From: a virus
Taxonomy: Duplodnaviria > Caudoviricetes
DNA length: 53,744 nucleotides
Direction: 5' to 3' (one strand)
Virus record (IMG/VR): IMGVR_UViG_3300025590_000010
Coordinates: 1-53,744 of that record
Position 1 is the first letter of the stretch; every line of letters begins with the position of its first letter. Below, one piece after another: positions 37,707 through 44,942 of this stretch. Under the pieces are notes generated by a model. It was not told the DNA's origin. It saw only the letters and a program-made list of their open reading frames with translations, and ran no database searches. Both the position numbers and the translations under genes were made by a program.

Positions 37707-37975
37707 GTTCGTTTCTTCCCTGATGCTGTAGTAGACCACTTAACTTTCTTTGGTCCTGTTTTCTTTGCTGCTTCTTTCTTACTAATCTTAGAAGCTACTG
37801 CCTTTGGTCTACAAGCTGGGTAGTCCCTACCGTCACCCTTAGACCTACCACAAGGCTTACCTGTCTTAACGTCTGTCCACTCTTCACCAAACCACTTACC
37901 TAAGCCACCAGCGGCATAACCACGAGCATTAGGCAGTACGTGTTGGCTATTTAACTTTGTTGGCTTTCGTGCCAC
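37703..37975 (-). CDS. Small basic protein (90 aa)
   Basis: GTG 37975 with GGAGGT RBS; GGLGKWF.E.W.DVKTGKPCGR...YPACRP. Confidence 0.7.
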   Translation of the reverse strand: MARKPTKLNSQHVLPNARGYAAGGLGKWFGEEWTDVKTGKPCGRSKGDGRDYPACRPKAVASKISKKEAAKKTGPKKVKWSTTASGKKRT

Positions 37976-38114
37976 TGTACTTACCTCCACGTGCTTTGTA
38001 AGTCTTAGTAAGCCAAGCAGACGCATAAGCGCTGGGCCATACGTCAAACTTCTTCTTAGCCTCAGCCTTGACCTTGTTATACAGTTTCGTGTTAGTCGGC
38101 TTAGGTGCTGCCAT
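37947..38114 (-). CDS. Small basic protein (55 aa), DUF5872-like
   Basis: PTNTKLYNKVKAEAKKKFDVWPSAYASAWL.K.YKARGGKY; not in ORF track. Confidence 0.7.
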   Translation of the reverse strand: MAAPKPTNTKLYNKVKAEAKKKFDVWPSAYASAWLTKTYKARGGKYSGTKANKVK

Positions 38115-38326
38115 TACGCTGGCTCCCCATTGTAGCTTAGAGCTACACAGTTAGGCACTATCGTTGCGTGACTGTACTGCTCTTTAATCTTACGTGCTTC
38201 AGCTACGATAGAAGCCTGACACTCCTCTACACTGCTAAACACATACGGACTAGTCAATACCTGGCAATGCTCAGCTAAGGCAGACATACATACCATCATA
38301 ACACCAAGAGTACCTATGCTCACCAT
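38114..38326 (-). CDS. Small hypothetical protein with hydrophobic N-terminus and four Cys
   Basis: ORF track; tight packing with neighbours. Confidence 0.55.
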   Translation of the reverse strand: MVSIGTLGVMMVCMSALAEHCQVLTSPYVFSSVEECQASIVAEARKIKEQYSHATIVPNCVALSYNGEPA

Positions 38327-38598
38327 TTTACTTTATCAGCCCAGTACGCAGCAGAGAGCTTACCCTTCTTGATATTCTTAGCATGTCTAGCTTTGAAGGA
38401 TGCACGTTTCTTCTTCATGCGATCAGATTCACCTGCTTTAGGCTTACCTGCTGTGGACGCTCCCTGTTCACCGAAGCGGATGAGCTTAATGGTGTCACCT
38501 TCTTTGGCAAGGACAGCGTGGGACTTGGTAGGGTGCTTGGGAGTACGCTTGGGTTTGTTGTAACCTTCAAACTTCTCACCTCTATACTCAATCGCCAT
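38320..38598 (-). CDS. Small basic protein
   Basis: YNKPKRTP.HP.KS..VLAK...KLIRFG...R.SFKARH...SAAYWA.K.KW. Confidence 0.75.
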   Translation of the reverse strand: MAIEYRGEKFEGYNKPKRTPKHPTKSHAVLAKEGDTIKLIRFGEQGASTAGKPKAGESDRMKKKRASFKARHAKNIKKGKLSAAYWADKVKW

Positions 38599-38848
38599 AA
38601 GGTCTCTTCCTGTCAGGGTCTAACACATCACTACGAGATAACATGCCCTCTAAGTACATAGCCCTCTCTACGTGATCCAGAGAGTACCTAACCCCTGTGT
38701 CAGCCTCTATAGCTGCACGTGCATAGAACACGTCACTACGAGGGATATGAATACGGCGTATACGCTTGGCACTACCGTCAGCTAAAGCAGAGTAAAACTC
38801 TTCTAGTATGTTATCATCTGCATATAGTTGTACGGGTTTAACAGGCAT
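38588..38848 (-). CDS. Hypothetical protein, first gene of the left-pointing arm
   Basis: HIPRSDVFYARAAIEA motif; start probably ATG 38848. Confidence 0.6.
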   Translation of the reverse strand: MPVKPVQLYADDNILEEFYSALADGSAKRIRRIHIPRSDVFYARAAIEADTGVRYSLDHVERAMYLEGMLSRSDVLDPDRKRPYGD

Positions 38849-38854
38849 TGTCAA
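38825..38854 (-). promoter_or_regulatory. Promoter TTGACA-N16-TACAACTA
   Basis: Same architecture as 27043-27072, 39231-39260 and 50984-51013. Confidence 0.6.
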
Positions 38855-38867
38855 CACTTTTCTTAAT

Positions 38868-38992
38868 AAAAAAGGTACGTGTCGCAAACTACATGTTAGG
38901 AGAGAGGAGACATGAGGAGAGTATACACATATGTTTGTGACACGTACCAGGAATGTAACACTTATGTTTATACAAGTTTATGTGTGTTACAT
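38868..38992 (-). ncRNA. Putative small RNA with anti-Shine-Dalgarno loop
   Basis: Promoter upstream, 9-bp 5' stem, 16-bp terminal stem with three UCUCCU in the loop, U6 tail; no ORF. Confidence 0.6.
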
Positions 38993-38998
38993 ATGGAT

Positions 38999-39027
38999 AG
39001 TGTACAAACTATTAAGAAGGGTGTCAA
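38999..39027 (-). promoter_or_regulatory. Sigma70-type promoter TTGACA-N17-TACACT
   Basis: -35 at 39027-39022, -10 at 39004-38999; predicted start about 38992. Confidence 0.7.
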
Positions 39028-39030
39028 CCC

Positions 39031-39212
39031 TATAGTTAAACTATCTAAGTTAAACTTACTATTAATTATTACTTATATAAAGTTATAAGTGTATAGTTAA
39101 ACTCTGTAAGTTAAACTCTTCCTATGTCCAGTAACTTTATTAACACACTCTTTATATAGTTTAACTATTTATTATTTATTACTTGTATTAAGTTTAACTT
39201 AAATGTTTAACT
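39031..39212. repeat. AGTTAAACT iteron-like array in AT-rich DNA
   Basis: Forward at 39034, 39048, 39095, 39109; inverted at 39158, 39191, 39204 (last has 1 mismatch). Confidence 0.8.
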
Positions 39213-39230
39213 CTGTCTACTACTACTACG

Positions 39231-39260
39231 TAGTTATACTCCACAGAACACCCCTGTCAA
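39231..39260 (-). promoter_or_regulatory. Promoter TTGACA-N16-TATAACTA
   Basis: -35 at 39260-39255, box at 39238-39231. Confidence 0.65.
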
Positions 39261-39579
39261 TCCCTAAAATACGCATACTCGTAAGAAAGTTTTACTAATG
39301 AGCGGATCTTTGCCTATGTGTTACATAAATGCACCACTTATATGCTTATGTGTTTGGAATGTGGCAACAATAAGGCAATCTAAAATACCCGTGCGTGTAG
39401 TTGTACATATATACGTAACCCCATACCCGCCCGTGGCCCTCGCACCCCCCCTCTTTTAGCATGGCATAGGGCGAATCGTGGTGGTTTGACTTGGTAAGTT
39501 ACTGTAAATGCTGTACTCTTTAACTGATGTGTCGTCAGACTATTCAAGAAAAGCGTGTGTTTTCAAGGAGTTTCAAAAG

Positions 39580-39646
39580 TGTGATCACAAATCAAAGAGG
39601 GATGCACAAAACACCAAACCACACCCCCTATTATGTGATCACAAAT
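39580..39646. promoter_or_regulatory. Two copies of palindrome TGTGATCACA(AAT), putative operators
   Basis: 13-bp identical copies at 39580 and 39634. Confidence 0.5.
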
Positions 39647-39886
39647 AGGCCACCCCCTCAAAGTAATGGCTGACTATATAATGGCACAAAAGAAAAACAT
39701 TCCTGCCAAGCCACAATGCGACAACATTATCCAACAAAAACACAGACTTATAAAATAATTAGGATAAAACGCAAAATAATTCTGGACAATCACAAAACAT
39801 TCGGGCCATAGTGAATACATCGAAAGCGACAAGGTTCAACCGCTAGCAGCGTAGCTCTACAAAAGAATCAGCGTCCTAGGCGATCA

Positions 39887-39981
39887 AGCCGCATAGAAGA
39901 GCCGCATAGAATACCAAGACCGAATAAAAGTAAGACCGAATAAAACGATTGACTAACTAAACCGAATATGCAGACTGAATA
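39887..39981 (+). repeat. Short direct repeats around an early promoter
   Basis: AGCCGCATAGAA x2 (39887, 39900); AAGACCGAATAAAA x2 (39916, 39932) plus two degenerate copies; TTGACT at 39949. Confidence 0.7.
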
Positions 39982-40200
39982 GCAACAGAAGTAACGGCAC
40001 ATAGACTAGCTTAAGGACAGCGTCCAAGATACGGGGCGGTAGTACGGTGACTTGAATCAGCCCGTCAAAGGTCTGAGCTAGTGTGTCTAACAGATATAGC
40101 TAGGATAGGCTTTCCAGGTTACCGCTTGGCTTGTGCCTATCTCATGGTGTATCTAACCAATCACCTTAACCAATTAAATCTAACACAAGGAATGACCCCC

Positions 40201-40467
40201 ATGTATGTAATCGAAAAGAACATCCCAATGCCAAACGCAACTCGCAATGGCGTGGCTTACTATAAATACCCCTTCTTCACCATGAATGTTGGTGACAGTT
40301 TTGCTGTGCCTGTAGATCCAAGTACCACGTTAGGATACATCCGTACCCGTAGTCGTGTGGCTAATTGTGTATATAAACAACACCAGCGTCCCAATAACAA
40401 CAACATGAAATTCTGCTACCGCACAGATAAGGTGAACCGTGTGATCCGTGTCTGGCGCACAGCATAA
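40201..40467 (+). CDS. Early hypothetical protein (small, likely DNA-binding)
   Basis: IEKNIPMP...YKYPF..M.VGDSF.V...RVWR; AAGGA RBS upstream of ATG 40201. Confidence 0.7.
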   Translation: MYVIEKNIPMPNATRNGVAYYKYPFFTMNVGDSFAVPVDPSTTLGYIRTRSRVANCVYKQHQRPNNNNMKFCYRTDKVNRVIRVWRTA

Positions 40468-40537
40468 AAACTAACTTGACAGGTAGGCGCTTGATGTGCC
40501 TACTCTCTGGATAGTTTAACCCCGAAAGGATGACCAG

Positions 40538-41128
40538 ATGACCCAATATGTTCGCAACATTCTTAAACTCTACCGCCAAGCTTCCAATGATGACACGCTA
40601 AATGGTGTGGAATGGTACGCTAGGGCAGAACGTGTGGCGGTACAAATAGCTGACACTCACAAGCTTCCTATCAATACAGTGATTGGTGTCATGGCGGCAC
40701 TATCGCCTAACAATAGGTGGGAGCGTAACTGTAAAGACACTGACACCATGTGCGCTGCATGGCAGAGTGGCGACAGCTTGGATGACTTCAAGGTGTCATG
40801 CTATAACACGATGAAACAGAAGGCGTGGTCTATTCTACAGGATGACTTGATTGATGATGATGACATTCTGACACGCTTGAACGGGCAGAAGATCCGCTCT
40901 TTCTACTCTAACATTCGTGGACTGGATGAAGTGACTATTGACGGTCACGCTCTTAACATTGCCCGTGGTCAGCGTGAGGGCTTGACCTCTGATAAGACTA
41001 ACATGGGCAAGCGCCAATATCGTGAGTTACAGGTGGCGTATGTCACAGCAGCCAAGCGTGTGAAGGTCAAGCCTCATGTGCTACAGGCTATCACTTGGAC
41101 TACATGGAAACGTATTCATAATATCTGA
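40538..41128 (+). CDS. DUF7178-like protein, possible HhH-GPD glycosylase-like fold
   Basis: G..WY..A, AALSP...W..N, K..SFY.NI, VTIDGHA, LQAITW motifs. Confidence 0.6.
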   Translation: MTQYVRNILKLYRQASNDDTLNGVEWYARAERVAVQIADTHKLPINTVIGVMAALSPNNRWERNCKDTDTMCAAWQSGDSLDDFKVSCYNTMKQKAWSILQDDLIDDDDILTRLNGQKIRSFYSNIRGLDEVTIDGHALNIARGQREGLTSDKTNMGKRQYRELQVAYVTAAKRVKVKPHVLQAITWTTWKRIHNI

Positions 41129-41139
41129 GGAGATGTAGC

Positions 41140-41241
41140 ATGATGGCAACACTTTTAATCTTTGCCCTATGCTTGGGCTTCTCAATCGCTGGGGCTGCGT
41201 TTATGTATTTCCCATTAGATGACAACAAAGAGGATGAATGA
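41140..41241 (+). CDS. Small membrane peptide (33 aa)
   Basis: GAGGAG RBS; single hydrophobic segment. Confidence 0.45.
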   Translation: MMATLLIFALCLGFSIAGAAFMYFPLDDNKEDE

Positions 41242-41411
41242 CAATGCAAAACAGCACCAAGAACATAGACGAGATACTTATAAAGATGAAATCTGATCAT
41301 CCTGGAGACATCATTGCTGACATCCTGCACTGGTGTGACCACTACAAAGAAGACTTTGGTGATCTGCTGAGACGAGGCACAGACTTTTATCACGATGAAG
41401 TAGGAGACTAA
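41238..41411 (+). CDS. Small early hypothetical protein (57 aa)
   Basis: GAGG RBS; IIADILHWCD....DF..LL. Confidence 0.55.
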   Translation: MTMQNSTKNIDEILIKMKSDHPGDIIADILHWCDHYKEDFGDLLRRGTDFYHDEVGD

Positions 41412-41412
41412 T

Positions 41413-41703
41413 ATGCAAACGATTATGACAAAATACCTTGGCCCTACTGACACCAAAGCACCACGGGTCAAAGCAATGACATCCAGCGGTCACAGAGGAT
41501 CAACCTACACTGTGGAATGGGATGACAGCCTAAACATAGAGGGCAACCATGCTGACGCAGCACAGAAACTATTGGACAGGCTGGGCTGGCGTGGTGAGTG
41601 GCGCATGGGTGCAATGGACAGGGGTTATGTATTCGTGAACGTAAATGATATCAACTCGCCTAAGCTTATGGCAAAACAACATGATTGGAGGGTAAGCCAA
41701 TGA
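41413..41703 (+). CDS. Early hypothetical protein
   Basis: AGGAG RBS; I.TKYLGPT.TK..RVKA. Confidence 0.7.
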   Translation: MQTIMTKYLGPTDTKAPRVKAMTSSGHRGSTYTVEWDDSLNIEGNHADAAQKLLDRLGWRGEWRMGAMDRGYVFVNVNDINSPKLMAKQHDWRVSQ

Positions 41704-42017
41704 TCTACGCAATCGCTGACGTACCGCACAAAGACTATGACAATTATGACACACTCAATAAGTTGTTTCACGCAATCATGCCACATGGCTGGCGTGTTAG
41801 TATATGGAAGAAAGGTGAGCTACCTTCACTCTATAAGAAGGAGAAGCATGGCAACATCTGCAGGATATTCGTGGACTATAGCAGCACTGCCATGCGTCAA
41901 CATCCAGATGATTCAGTTCTGTCATACCAATGCCATGATGCAGAGGGTTGCCTGACATTCCATGAGGTGTTTGACAATGTGGACAAGCTCATAATCTATC
42001 TGACAGGGAAGGTATAA
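41700..42017 (+). CDS. Early hypothetical protein
   Basis: GGAGG RBS, ATGA overlap. Confidence 0.6.
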   Translation: MIYAIADVPHKDYDNYDTLNKLFHAIMPHGWRVSIWKKGELPSLYKKEKHGNICRIFVDYSSTAMRQHPDDSVLSYQCHDAEGCLTFHEVFDNVDKLIIYLTGKV

Positions 42018-42021
42018 GACA

Positions 42022-42339
42022 ATGACACTAAAAGTATATGATCACACACACCGCTGGCCTGAGAAGGTTTTTGATATGCCAGAAGCCAATGCTGTCCGTG
42101 ATGGCGGTAATGAGATTACAGTTATGGGTAACGACTATCGTGATGGCTTGAACATAAGCATAAAGAATGACGATTTCAGTGTGGATATTACACACAAAAC
42201 AGCAGAAATGTTAATAGAAGCCTTGCTTAGTAATGGAGAAGCAGAATATCTTTTGCAAGATAGCGTAAGGAGCAGGCTTCAATGGGGCGGGGTCAATTAC
42301 CCTAACCTATGGCAAAGCCTTGTAGAGGAGATGGCATAA
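42022..42339 (+). CDS. Early hypothetical protein
   Basis: ORF track; in operon. Confidence 0.6.
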   Translation: MTLKVYDHTHRWPEKVFDMPEANAVRDGGNEITVMGNDYRDGLNISIKNDDFSVDITHKTAEMLIEALLSNGEAEYLLQDSVRSRLQWGGVNYPNLWQSLVEEMA

Positions 42340-42427
42340 ATGTCACACTTCCAGGATTACTTATTAAACTTATTGTAACGCACAACTAATAGGCCTAGGT
42401 ATGGGTCACACACAAAGGAGAGTAACA

Positions 42428-42613
42428 ATGCTAGACGCTAAAGCTAAGGATAGGATCATCGCTATCGTAGAGGATTACGTTAAAGTTCCTGATCATATGC
42501 GTGACCACTTATGTGAGACACTATACAAGGCCTATGTTGAGGCTAGAGAAGAACTGGAGAGAGACACTCCCTATACTAGTAACGGTAAGAACAGGAGAGA
42601 AAACAATGACTAA
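42428..42613 (+). CDS. Early hypothetical protein
   Basis: AAGGAG RBS before ATG 42428. Confidence 0.55.
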   Translation: MLDAKAKDRIIAIVEDYVKVPDHMRDHLCETLYKAYVEAREELERDTPYTSNGKNRRENND

Positions 42614-42779
42614 CCTAGAACTAAGCACAAACGAACTGTTGATGCTCAAGGATCTACTTGAGGGTGACATGGAGCAGACCTCATGGGGTGATGTTGAATA
42701 TGATGACGTTGAACTGATGCAGTATTACCTTGATCGTGCCGTGGTGCTGGTCAAAGTAAGAGAGGAGCTAGGCGCATGA
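42606..42779 (+). CDS. Small acidic early protein
   Basis: AGGAG RBS before ATG 42606. Confidence 0.55.
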   Translation: MTNLELSTNELLMLKDLLEGDMEQTSWGDVEYDDVELMQYYLDRAVVLVKVREELGA

Positions 42780-42925
42780 TAATCGTTAGAGTTTTCAGTG
42801 AGGTTTCAGGCAAAGAGACGTGCTGGGAAACAATCCTGTCTGGCTGCATGGCTGAGGCAGAGAGCAAGGCAAGGTGGTTCAACAGAATGAAGAACACAAA
42901 AGCAGAGATAGAGGTAACAGAATGA
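42776..42925 (+). CDS. Small early hypothetical protein (49 aa)
   Basis: GAGGAG RBS; ATGA overlaps at both ends. Confidence 0.5.
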   Translation: MIIVRVFSEVSGKETCWETILSGCMAEAESKARWFNRMKNTKAEIEVTE

Positions 42926-43173
42926 AGAAGAATTATCGTACCGCATATGATCAACTTAAGAAGCTAGGCGTCACAGTCTATGAGGATGACGATGGCTTTC
43001 GTATCTCAGGAGAGGACAACTATCCAGAGGTGTGGGCTGACTACTACTGTGAGTTTGGTGGCACTGTCCTAGATGACTTTGGTGTCAACCACAAGATCAA
43101 TGCCATCCTAGAAAAGCAGGGGCTATTCGCTGAGTGGGAGAACACTGGCGTCCTAGGTGTTGCAGAAATGTAA
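42922..43173 (+). CDS. Acidic early hypothetical protein
   Basis: GAGGT RBS; WADYY...GV...I..IL.K.GL.AEW.N.G. Confidence 0.6.
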   Translation: MKKNYRTAYDQLKKLGVTVYEDDDGFRISGEDNYPEVWADYYCEFGGTVLDDFGVNHKINAILEKQGLFAEWENTGVLGVAEM

Positions 43174-43191
43174 CGTGATATAATGGTAACA

Positions 43192-43220
43192 TTGACGCAG
43201 GCAAACACAACGACTAACCT
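43192..43220 (+). promoter_or_regulatory. Sigma70-type promoter TTGACG-N17-TAACCT
   Basis: Intergenic, upstream of HTH gene. Confidence 0.6.
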
Positions 43221-43248
43221 ATAAATGTCTAACACAGGAGAAACAGAC

Positions 43249-43470
43249 ATGACTAACACACAAAACTCTAAGATCATCACACACCTTCGTGCAACCAAGG
43301 GTCTGACCCAGCGTGAGGCTATGCTGGACTACAGCATCCAGTCATTCACTAAGCGTATCTCTGAGCTACGCAAGTCAGGCTACCGCATTGATGGCGTGAA
43401 GGGTAAGCACCCTGTGACAGGTCAGCAGTACACACGCTATGTTTTGATTGATGAAACTAGTGGAGCGTAA
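43249..43470 (+). CDS. Winged helix-turn-helix protein
   Basis: Q...I..HL....GLT.REA...Y.I.....RISELRKSGY.I; AGGAG RBS. Confidence 0.75.
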   Translation: MTNTQNSKIITHLRATKGLTQREAMLDYSIQSFTKRISELRKSGYRIDGVKGKHPVTGQQYTRYVLIDETSGA

Positions 43471-43567
43471 GGGTAAGTACATAGGGTATGATGGTGATGG
43501 TAAAGTTATCATCATATCCACTAACAAAAGTATTGTAATGCAATACATGAAGGAGAGAGACAAATGA
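43451..43567 (+). CDS. Small hypothetical protein (38 aa)
   Basis: MKLVERKGKYIGYDGDGKVIIIST; ATGA overlap with next gene. Confidence 0.45.
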   Translation: MKLVERKGKYIGYDGDGKVIIISTNKSIVMQYMKERDK

Positions 43568-43764
43568 TTGCAAGTCGTGCCATAAAAGTATACGCAAGTG
43601 TAGGTCAGCCTGATGGTGAGTATGTCACCACAGTGTTTACCCCACATGATGCTAACCAGGCTCGTATCAAACTGTTCAAGCGCACGGGTGTACGCCGTGT
43701 TATCTTCAAGACGTTAGCAGGTAATGAGCTATCATTCAGTAATGACAGAGTAGAAAAACTATGA
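43564..43764 (+). CDS. Hypothetical protein
   Basis: AAGGAG RBS. Confidence 0.6.
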   Translation: MIASRAIKVYASVGQPDGEYVTTVFTPHDANQARIKLFKRTGVRRVIFKTLAGNELSFSNDRVEKL

Positions 43765-43940
43765 CAGTATATCCCTTCAACACAACTAACTTGATGCCTG
43801 CCTCAGACTACTATCACAAACTGTTGAAGCAGATTGATGATGCGTACTGGAACGGTGGAACGGCTAAGGCATTGGAGCTTACAGCTATGGACGTTAAGGA
43901 ACACATAGAGAGAGGAGACGCATGGTATCCCAACTTCTAA
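43761..43940 (+). CDS. Hypothetical protein (59 aa)
   Basis: ATGA overlap; ends RGDAWYPNF. Confidence 0.55.
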   Translation: MTVYPFNTTNLMPASDYYHKLLKQIDDAYWNGGTAKALELTAMDVKEHIERGDAWYPNF

Positions 43941-44024
43941 TGCACTCACTGCCACTAGCTGTAGCACTTGCTTATTTTGGTGGCTTACTTTATCTCTGGT
44001 ATAAACACGTGAAAGGAAAGTAAC

Positions 44025-44942
44025 ATGAAGATCCCCAAGGCTTCTTCCACACTACAGGAAGTCATTGATTTCTATAGTAAGTCTGCTGCATTTTGTCGGC
44101 TATCAGGCTCTACACAGAAAGACTATGACATCCACTTGGCTGCAATATGCAGTACTGTAGTTGAGGGCAAGGCACTTGGGGCTTATCGCCATAAGTCTAT
44201 CAAGGTACGTCACCTCACTCAGGCTTACGAGGATTGGTTATCCTCTGGTGTTCGCACAGCGAATTACCGCAAGTCTGTGTTATCTATTGCGTGGAAATAT
44301 GCGATGAGGCATGACGTAATGACGCACGATCCAGTAGCTCTAGTACAAACCAGGTCTGGTCAACCACGGCGTGTACTATGGAGCCGAGATCAAGTGCAGA
44401 CATTCCTTGCTACAGCTTATGGCGACTTCCGTTGGCGCAGCATTGGTCTGATCGTCCACATGGCATATGATTGGGGGCAGCGTGTTGGTGATATGCGTGT
44501 TCTCACTTGGGATAAGCTAGACTTAACTCAGTGCCGCTTGGACTTAACTCAGAGCAAACGCAACGCAGAGGTACACCTCCCTATCTCATCAGGGTTGTGT
44601 GATATGCTGCGCCAGCAGAAGGAAGACTTTAAGTTTCAGGAGTATGTAGCACCCCGTGTTAAGCCACGAGCAGGTGCATACACACCCTATGATAAACTAG
44701 AAATAAGCTATCTTATCAATGACGTACTGAAAGAAGCTAACCTACCTACCACCCTGACAGCCATGGACTTACGGCGCACGGCAGTGACAGAAATGATGGA
44801 GGGTGGGGTAGACTTAGCAGGTATCATGCAGGTGACAGGACACAAGAACATAACGTCCATCAAACCCTACATGGTCAACACATTCAGCGGTGCATCGAAA
44901 GCATTAGCAGCTAGAGGAAACGATGACGATGAACATTCGTAG
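44025..44942 (+). CDS. int: Tyrosine integrase/recombinase
   Basis: GQRVGD (Arg), QSK (Lys), DLRRT, TGH, terminal Tyr in KPY. Confidence 0.88.
   Translation: MKIPKASSTLQEVIDFYSKSAAFCRLSGSTQKDYDIHLAAICSTVVEGKALGAYRHKSIKVRHLTQAYEDWLSSGVRTANYRKSVLSIAWKYAMRHDVMTHDPVALVQTRSGQPRRVLWSRDQVQTFLATAYGDFRWRSIGLIVHMAYDWGQRVGDMRVLTWDKLDLTQCRLDLTQSKRNAEVHLPISSGLCDMLRQQKEDFKFQEYVAPRVKPRAGAYTPYDKLEISYLINDVLKEANLPTTLTAMDLRRTAVTEMMEGGVDLAGIMQVTGHKNITSIKPYMVNTFSGASKALAARGNDDDEHS

Noticed and set aside
38895-38920. Plus-strand GGA repeats as a CsrA/RsmA sponge or as RBSs
   Set aside because: Promoter and U-tract polarity both indicate a minus-strand transcript, and no substantial plus-strand ORF follows
40081-40200. 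N-terminal extension of the first early ORF from GTG 40081
   Set aside because: No RBS there, region forms RNA stems, and a good RBS precedes ATG 40201
38860-40200. tRNA gene or tRNA-derived attP in the control region
   Set aside because: No cloverleaf or convincing tRNA fragment found by eye; needs tRNAscan-SE/ARAGORN and host comparison
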